Assembly: GCA_046346715.1 (NCBI GenBank)
Contig: JAXMHO010000001.1
Location: 187,051 to 251,050, forward strand
DNA: 64,000 bases
DNA from: Verrucomicrobiota bacterium
GTDB taxonomy: Bacteria > Verrucomicrobiota > Verrucomicrobiia > Limisphaerales > CAIQOK01
Reading direction: 5' to 3'
Below, one piece after another: positions 55,201 to 61,253 of the stretch (positions within the stretch are counted from its first letter, which is position 1; every line of letters begins with the position of its first letter). The notes beneath the pieces were generated by a model that searched no databases, was not told the origin of the DNA, and saw only the letters and a program-made list of their open reading frames with translations. The translations under genes and the position numbers were made by a program.

Positions 55201-56366
55201 ACCAGGTTCAGGTTCAGAAGATTCGACAAGTTCAGGTAGTCATCCACCATCGTGACGTAGTTGGTGCTCTGGAGACCGGTCTGGAAGTCGGTATTGGTCC
55301 ACTGCCACTGGATGGAAATCCGGCCAAAGTTAAAAAAGAAATTGGTGAAGCCAAAACCAATGCCGTTGCCGTCAAAATAGACGGAGGCCTTCACGGCCGG
55401 ATTGGTGTTGCGGATGAACACAACGGAGGTGTCAAACACCCCGGGCCCAAAGGAGGCCGCAGTGCTGACATAGGCTTGCACCGGGTCCAAGCTCAGTTTC
55501 GGATCGATGGTCTGCATCGAACGCGTGGTGGCGATGGTGGTGCCAAATATCAGGCTCGGCGCGGAGGCAGGGGGGAAATTGTTCATGACCGTCGGGTCAA
55601 ACAGGAAGTCAAAACCCGTGCCCCAGTAGCCGTCGAGAATGCCGGTGTAATAAAAGAAGGAACCCAGATCGATGTTCGGCGAGGCCAAAAACAAATTCAA
55701 CGGCACTCCGTTGGATACGACGAAGATGTCCATGGGGGTCGATTGACGAAGCTCGCCCCGGTTCAAATTGACGTTCTTGCCGCTCAACCGCATGACGCTG
55801 CTCGCGTTCATGTTCAGCGAACCGGAGTTTTGAATATTGGTGGCGGAGATGTTCAGTTCGCCGTTTCCAACGATGCTGAACGGAGGCAAAAAGCCGGCGA
55901 AGACGAGGTTAAGCCAATAATTGGTGGACCGGCCGGTGCAGTTGATGACGCCGCCGCCGAAGCCGTTCCCCTGGTTCACAAAGTTCCCCGCCATGTTGCG
56001 GTTGTAAAACGGCACGCCCGGAATGATCGGTGGCAACGTGGAAGGATAATATTGGAAATCAAAGCCGGGGTTCCCGGTCAACACGCCCGTGTTGGTGTAG
56101 TTCAGCGTGCTATGGGTCGAGAACAGATTGAATTGATTTCCTGCGGTCTGCTCCGCCGGAACAGTGACCTCAAAGGTGCTGGTGTTCAGGAATTCATACG
56201 CGTCAATCTGCGGCCGCGGCGAGGGCGGTGAGGAGAACGGCGTGATGTTCCGGTAAAACGGAGCCTGCGCCGAGGCCACCCAGGTGAACGCCATCACCAG
56301 CAGACCCGGCATAAAAAAGCGTTTCATAGAATCAGAACTGCGTAAATTAAGGGATCCAAAAGTCAT
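52203..56366 (-). CDS. 1387-aa secreted protein of unknown family (Asn/Gly-rich, beta-helix-like body plus a 326-aa C-terminal domain shared with the 804-aa protein)
   Basis: The Sec signal is best read from the internal ATG 56327 (MKRFFMPGLLVMAFTWVASAQA/P). ATG 56366 would leave only 4 nt after the upstream stop. No known domain recognised. Confidence 0.75.
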   Translation of the reverse strand: MTFGSLNLRSSDSMKRFFMPGLLVMAFTWVASAQAPFYRNITPFSSPPSPRPQIDAYEFLNTSTFEVTVPAEQTAGNQFNLFSTHSTLNYTNTGVLTGNPGFDFQYYPSTLPPIIPGVPFYNRNMAGNFVNQGNGFGGGVINCTGRSTNYWLNLVFAGFLPPFSIVGNGELNISATNIQNSGSLNMNASSVMRLSGKNVNLNRGELRQSTPMDIFVVSNGVPLNLFLASPNIDLGSFFYYTGILDGYWGTGFDFLFDPTVMNNFPPASAPSLIFGTTIATTRSMQTIDPKLSLDPVQAYVSTAASFGPGVFDTSVVFIRNTNPAVKASVYFDGNGIGFGFTNFFFNFGRISIQWQWTNTDFQTGLQSTNYVTMVDDYLNLSNLLNLNLVFATNYANTLVHGNIGNKFTYQPYNFSFSMTPYGNASNAPAVPASSPLGIFNNNLFFTTPQYSAYQAIFSASAQTPGVEVHSDVTNMPGRIEIRADGALDLADSRISALSYLLLKATNHFQGSSGALIQSPNLDVLLRSTNGLLAITNLVVPYLPTPDGTVSCYSMTWIDNFFLSNTTNRFHVLFVDANFDPVTRPKIQTLSLTATNIGGGDDAIVISDSLNVTRSMQINTKRLTVTANGEGGFNSMGQINLLNRDINWSTALPRLQYLTNYGVITSPTLMSFAGNMTGPFADPNLATPYQTFINHGFITNAGSFIRANYFVNDGVFQSGTSGNFSLVANCAYLTNGTISALSGGGDVSITADNLVISNHVLQAGGRLTISPTGCFSDGYSSYNLFGHVVDTNTPVLGVVSNGNFMALSGDFGFLTKPVNGNLLGTTISNNAAPFRNVIMTWSGKDRGVSPLGFSNNLAVGRLVLNGNAGSKFSFTGTAAGSALYVDRLELLGSITNFGPAGLTNINIGSNIKVYFAQATANGVSIAEQLHRSSQMNGGNSGRFYWVSNYAGIFSATNIVDPNDFLTRSFNQALVESENIDSDGDTLVNRFDATPIPLSWNFDVVSTNRPCDCDSGTLAIINLGGTLHSGHEGGSDSTVLAFPGESGSGGSSSGVTNLFTLTQGTYHGLFYETNGVATASAGYFKATVTKSGKVTGALKLAGKTYSFSGAFATNGHFVKTNLSADKRSLRLNLDALLDTTGGGQINGSVASSNWTAVLRADRQTAQVKSKFSVVFPGDDVTSTNSPAGHGFAALRLKTDGTVQWSGALGDGTSIPETQSSGISSQGLWPLYLTPYGGAGLLLGWMHFDTNQPDSDLSGNAVWIKPGNLPSKYRKYYPAGFTNQLGVVGSAFVEPAVKSTNGAVVVEGGNLSQPVTNSFGLNSSLKVPKQGANQFSFSLTKSNGVFQGSELMPINVNTKFQGVLLQKLEAGYGFFLGTNRSGQVKFVPLP

Positions 56367-56370
56367 GGCG

Positions 56371-58764
56371 TCAGGGATTGATGGTCAACTCGAAGGGCAC
56401 GTCCACCGAGCGCGAGGCTGAGTCCGTGACCCGGATGGTGAAATCATAGGTAGCCGCCGCGCCAGTCACCACACCGACACCCGTTGAGAGATTGATGCTG
56501 CTGGAGTTGGTTGAGGCGACAAAGTTCAAACCGCCCGGCAAACCGCCCGAGCCCGGAGCCAGCGACCAAGTGTAAGGCGCCTGTCCGCCGCTGGCGGTAA
56601 GCGTGTTGAGATAGCTCGCACCGCGGGTTCCCGCCGGCAGTTGAGCGATGCCGCTGACGACCGTTGCGGCCGGCTGCGTCGAGACTTGGATGAAAATCTG
56701 GTTGAGGAAGTTGCCAAGGCTGGTGCGGTTTGGAAACACGACCGGGGTGTTGGTCGTGCCGTCGAACGACGCCCAGAGCAGGCTCTTGACCGCCGACGAT
56801 TCATCGGAAATGAAGAACAGCGACGAGTTAAACAGGTTGAAGTCGGCAATGTTCCAGTAGGAATCGCCAATCTTGTTGAACGAGAAAGTGGTCGGGCCAA
56901 CCAAGGTTCCCGGTCCAGACACCACGCCGTTGCTGATCGCCTGGTTGAAGCCAAGGTTGCGGAGGACGGTGCCGTTGAAATTGTTCGCGCCGCCCTGGTC
57001 CTGCACGCTGAACAGGAAGTCCGGGCGATTGACCACGCGCTCGATCAACTGTGGACGCAGCGTGTTGTTGGTCAGCTCGTAAAGCGTGTAGCGATTGGTC
57101 GCCGGCTCCCAGAAGGTGCCGATGAGCGAGTCAAAATCACGCCGCTTGAACTGGATGCGTTCCACGCCCTGGCGCAGGCCGATGGTGTTTTCCGGGCAGG
57201 TGATGGGCAGATACACCAGCCAGTTGTTCGTGAAATAGGTGATGGTGCTGACCGTGTAGGTCTGATTGCTGCCCGTGCTGTTGGTCAGCGTGGTGGAGGC
57301 AATCAGGTTGGTGGTCGCAACCACGTTCGTGTAAAGGCTCTGGATGATTTTAATGCCGCAGTTGTTCGTTGGCAGGATGAAGAAGCTGCCGGAAATGTTC
57401 TTGGAAAGGAGCAGTCCGGAGGTATTTGTTTTCAAGGACGGCGGAGTTCCCGCTACGGCAAAAGGGGCGCCGCCGGGCGAAACAATCTGCGTGCGATAAA
57501 CGCTGTGCTTGGCGTAGGTGTTGAAGTTGGTGACGACGTTCAGGAAATTGTGCTTGAAGTACTGGATGACCGTCGGCTCGACATTGGTGGTGATCACCAC
57601 CTGCACCGTGCCAGCCGGAGCAAACGGCGCGGGCACAATGTTGAAGACAAAATTAGTGGAGAAGGCCAGCTTGAACCAGTTGGTGGTGTCCTCCACCAGC
57701 AATCCCGGGAAGAGCGCCTGCAAGGCGGCTGCGCTGTTCGTCGGCGCCACCGAGGCGAGCAGGCCCAAATCAAAGGAATTGGTCAACAGCACCGGGGTGT
57801 TGTTGGTGACGAATTGAACCGTGCCCGTGCCGGAGGCTTCCGTGTTGTAATTGTCCTTGCGGAGCAGGTAACGCAATCCGGCCATGTCGTCACGGGTGAG
57901 GTAGGTGTAAAACCCGCCGATCTTCAAACCGACGCCGCCAGGGTTGATGCCCTGGGCGCCGCCAATAAAGGTGATGCCTTGATGAGAACCCGGATCAGCC
58001 GCCACAGAAGTGTAGACCTCCGCAGTGGGATCAACCGGATAGGCGATGGCTTCAGCGATCGGAGTACCGGTGCAGTATTCCACAATTCCATAGGTGTAAA
58101 GAACGCCGTTGATGTAGCTGGAATACGGGGTCTGACTCAGAGGCGTTTGGATGAGAACATCGTAGTTTCGCTTCACCACATGATACAAACCGGCCAAAGG
58201 ACAGGGAGTGCCCATTGTCCGCGCATGAAGCGTCCAAACAAAGCGCTCCGGCTGGCTCAAACCCAACTGCTCCACCAAGAGGTGCAGGGTCATTGATTTG
58301 ACGTCCGTCAGAAACAAATCCTGCGCCTCGAAATTAAGCTGCTGCGACTTGAGCGGAAACTCGGAGAGATCTTCGCTGTAGGCTGAAACGTTGGTCAGGC
58401 TGTTGATGACCCCGCAGGCCTGATCCACCGCCGCGACACCGTTTGAACCAAAGTATTCCCAGAACGGGGCGTCGCAGGAGTAATACATCACAGGGGTGTT
58501 GCGGCGAAATTCCTCCCCGAGGTTGTGCGGTCCGCCCAAATCTCCCAAGGCGACGTTGTCGCCGTAGGTGATGGATCCAATGTAGGTGCCGGCCAGATAG
58601 CCAAGCGCCGGAACCTGATAGGCTTCAAACGGCCCGACAAACGCAAATCCGTGCGACGATTGAATGCCGCCGAGCAGGAGGGCCAACGCCGCCATCTTCT
58701 TGAAAAAGCGCATAAAAAAACTGTTCATGACGCGGTCGCCTGAGTTCATCATTTCTCGTTTCAT
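56371..58764 (-). CDS. 797-aa secreted protein of unknown family with a C-terminal Ig-like (He_PIG-type) domain
   Basis: Signal MRFFKKMAALALLLGGIQSSHG (the start is ambiguous between 58764 and 58713). The C-terminus reads ...GASYLNTLTASGGQAPYTWSLAPGSGGLPGGLNF... Confidence 0.75.
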   Translation of the reverse strand: MKREMMNSGDRVMNSFFMRFFKKMAALALLLGGIQSSHGFAFVGPFEAYQVPALGYLAGTYIGSITYGDNVALGDLGGPHNLGEEFRRNTPVMYYSCDAPFWEYFGSNGVAAVDQACGVINSLTNVSAYSEDLSEFPLKSQQLNFEAQDLFLTDVKSMTLHLLVEQLGLSQPERFVWTLHARTMGTPCPLAGLYHVVKRNYDVLIQTPLSQTPYSSYINGVLYTYGIVEYCTGTPIAEAIAYPVDPTAEVYTSVAADPGSHQGITFIGGAQGINPGGVGLKIGGFYTYLTRDDMAGLRYLLRKDNYNTEASGTGTVQFVTNNTPVLLTNSFDLGLLASVAPTNSAAALQALFPGLLVEDTTNWFKLAFSTNFVFNIVPAPFAPAGTVQVVITTNVEPTVIQYFKHNFLNVVTNFNTYAKHSVYRTQIVSPGGAPFAVAGTPPSLKTNTSGLLLSKNISGSFFILPTNNCGIKIIQSLYTNVVATTNLIASTTLTNSTGSNQTYTVSTITYFTNNWLVYLPITCPENTIGLRQGVERIQFKRRDFDSLIGTFWEPATNRYTLYELTNNTLRPQLIERVVNRPDFLFSVQDQGGANNFNGTVLRNLGFNQAISNGVVSGPGTLVGPTTFSFNKIGDSYWNIADFNLFNSSLFFISDESSAVKSLLWASFDGTTNTPVVFPNRTSLGNFLNQIFIQVSTQPAATVVSGIAQLPAGTRGASYLNTLTASGGQAPYTWSLAPGSGGLPGGLNFVASTNSSSINLSTGVGVVTGAAATYDFTIRVTDSASRSVDVPFELTINP

Positions 58765-58770
58765 GGTTGC

Positions 58771-61185
58771 TCAGGGTTGCTGCAAGGTGACCTGACCGCT
58801 TTCAGTTGAACCGCTGAAGAATCCCTCACCCGGTCCGCCGCTGGTCAGCACACCGGAAACGGAGAGGGCGGGTTTGCCCGCCGTGGGATTCGGAACCTTG
58901 CCCGTAAACTTGCCCGTGCCAGGCGTCACCGCCAGCGTCACGCCGTTGGTTGCCGCCTTGCCGCCGGCATCCAGCGCGATGTCGAAGGACAGCGCATCGC
59001 TCAAGCCGCCGCCGCTAAGTTTCAACACCCGCGGCCCAGCCACCACGGCAGAACACGGAGACAAAACCGACGTCACACCGTTGGTGAAACCTTTCGTGTA
59101 AAGCCCGGACCCTTTGATCGCGGGCTTGATCCACGCCAGTTCGCCGCCCGGTGTAGTGGCGTTGTAGTCAATCCAGCTGATGACCAGACCGCCGCCGGAA
59201 ACGGGAGCGAACAACGGCCAGACCCCGTTCTTCGAGATATAGCCTTTTTGGGCGATCTTGTTGCCATCGGCCAGAGTACCATTGAAGACCACCAAACCGT
59301 CCGCGGCATTGCTCACCGTGCCAAAGCTCGTGCCGCCGGGTCCCTTGGCAATCGCGGGAATGGTCAGCGTGTAATTGTTGCCGCCCAGCAACGTCGGCTG
59401 GGTCTTGGAGTAAACCTGACGATCCGCGTTAATGACCGAGTTCCAGTCACCTCCGCACTGAACCGTGCCGACAATCAGGTCGGCACCCGACAGATCCACC
59501 TGGAACGAAACCGTCAGCGACGGCAGACCGGCGGACTTGCGGGAAATGATCTTGGTGCCGCTGTTGCCTTGGTCATCCAATTTGCCCGAAACCGAGTAGC
59601 TGCCCTTGGCAAAGGTGAACTTGGCGGTGTAATTCTTTTTCCCATCGACGGTCGCCTTAAACCCGCCGGCACTCGCCAGCGAAATGCCGTTCAAGCTGTA
59701 AAACAATCCATTGTACGTGCCGGCAGCCAGCGCGAAGCCGTTGGTTTCCGGCGCACCCGCGACCACCGCGCCGCCCGGATATCCGATCGTCGGCGGCTCC
59801 AAGGCGGGGTCATGAATGCCCACCGTCGTGGTTTTCACGGGAGCGGTGGCCTGGCCGACAAACTTCGGCGATCCAAAATTTTCCGCCAGCGGCAGCGCGA
59901 CGTAGCTGCTGCTGGTGTAAACCTGCGCAAAAAGATCATACTTGCTCGGACCAAACGTCGGACTGGTCCAAACGGTCAAAAAGCGGCCCGAGGAGTCTGC
60001 GGCAACGGCCGGCTGCTGCTGCACGCCCGCGGTCGTGGTGTTGACCCGGAATTCAGCTCCGTCCACCGATCCATCAGCATTCAGATAGCGGCCATACACG
60101 CCTTCGCGGCTGCCGTCCTGGCCGATGCTCGTCCACACGGCGAGATAGGAATTTCCCGCAACACTGATTTGCGGCGAAAACTGATCGCCATACAATACCG
60201 TGTTGATGCGGGCCTGGGCGCCGGCCTGGGGAATGCCGCCGGCAAATGTGAATGAACGCGCCTTGATGTCCCAGCCGTTCTTACGAATCTCCGTGTCCAA
60301 TGAGCTCCAGCTGATCACCACGCTGCCATCGTCCCCCGCAGCGACGGCGGGCTGGGCGCACACATCAAAGCCATCATTGACCACAAACTCATTGTTGGCC
60401 GGAGTGCCATCCGCGTTGAAAAGGCGGGCGAACACATCCACTGAAGGACGGGCAATTTGGTTTGTGGGAATCGCCACGGCGCTTTCGCCTTCCACCACCC
60501 GCTGCTGTTCAGAAACCCAGGCCACCACAAAACCGCCATTGGTCAGGGGAGCGATCGCCGCCGAACGCTGGTTGCGGGCGGTGAACTGGCTGATTTGAAA
60601 CTCAGTTCCGATCTTGGCGCCCGCCGGAGAAAACACCTGACCGAAAACATCCTGAAGCGTGGTCGGATTGTGCGTGGAATAAACCACCACGACATTCCCG
60701 TTGGCCAGCACGGTCAAAGCCGGATCTGCCTGGTAGTTTTTGGTGGAAGAGTTGACGAGCTGATCCAAGCCCAGCCAGGTGTTGCTCGCGGAAAGAAAGC
60801 GCGCGTAGATGTGCTGGAAGCTGAACTGTCCGCCCTGCCAGACAAACGCCGCACCGCCATCCTTCAACAAGACGACCGCGGGTTTCTCATGATCACCCAC
60901 CGCACTGGAATTAACACGAAAGGCCGGCAGAGTGGCGTTCAACCCGCTGTTCAACGGACGGCCCATCACCGTCGAACGATTGCCGAACATGTTTTGATCC
61001 TGCCACACCACGTAGCCGCCGCCCGCATTGATGTCGGCTTGGGGACGGCTCTGGCTGGCGGGAAGCAACCCGATGACGGGGTATTCACCGCCGGACGGCG
61101 CAAAGCCAGCCTGGGCGGATGCCACGGCCGCCATGGCAAGGGCGGCTCGGCACGCGAACTTTCGGGTCAGGAACAACAATGACAT
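58771..61185 (-). CDS. 804-aa secreted protein: about 7 repeats of ~55 aa (propeller-like) plus a 316-aa C-terminal domain shared with the 1387-aa protein
   Basis: Signal ...AAVASAQA/G. Repeat pattern Q..PAVA....G.FVV.W.S....D.FGQ.F...G...G.EF.VN. Confidence 0.75.
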   Translation of the reverse strand: MSLLFLTRKFACRAALAMAAVASAQAGFAPSGGEYPVIGLLPASQSRPQADINAGGGYVVWQDQNMFGNRSTVMGRPLNSGLNATLPAFRVNSSAVGDHEKPAVVLLKDGGAAFVWQGGQFSFQHIYARFLSASNTWLGLDQLVNSSTKNYQADPALTVLANGNVVVVYSTHNPTTLQDVFGQVFSPAGAKIGTEFQISQFTARNQRSAAIAPLTNGGFVVAWVSEQQRVVEGESAVAIPTNQIARPSVDVFARLFNADGTPANNEFVVNDGFDVCAQPAVAAGDDGSVVISWSSLDTEIRKNGWDIKARSFTFAGGIPQAGAQARINTVLYGDQFSPQISVAGNSYLAVWTSIGQDGSREGVYGRYLNADGSVDGAEFRVNTTTAGVQQQPAVAADSSGRFLTVWTSPTFGPSKYDLFAQVYTSSSYVALPLAENFGSPKFVGQATAPVKTTTVGIHDPALEPPTIGYPGGAVVAGAPETNGFALAAGTYNGLFYSLNGISLASAGGFKATVDGKKNYTAKFTFAKGSYSVSGKLDDQGNSGTKIISRKSAGLPSLTVSFQVDLSGADLIVGTVQCGGDWNSVINADRQVYSKTQPTLLGGNNYTLTIPAIAKGPGGTSFGTVSNAADGLVVFNGTLADGNKIAQKGYISKNGVWPLFAPVSGGGLVISWIDYNATTPGGELAWIKPAIKGSGLYTKGFTNGVTSVLSPCSAVVAGPRVLKLSGGGLSDALSFDIALDAGGKAATNGVTLAVTPGTGKFTGKVPNPTAGKPALSVSGVLTSGGPGEGFFSGSTESGQVTLQQP

Positions 61186-61253
61186 AACAGGTTCAGATTA
61201 TTTTGGATCGCCAGACACTATCCACGATTTTTCCAACGACGCAAACCGGCGTC

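Noticed and set aside
13928-60255. Other long shadow ORFs: 13928-15379(-), 16465-18204(+), 19252-21498(+), 21263-22546(+), 22449-23828(+), 24293-26326(+), 43979-46165(+), 46481-48028(+), 48287-49525(+), 51065-52084(+), 52077-53102(+), 55167-56231(+), 56641-58296(+), 59248-60255(+)
   Set aside because: Each lies antisense to a gene with clear motifs or coherent domain repeats. Their translations are dominated by R, G, A, V, D and H runs with no recognisable domains.
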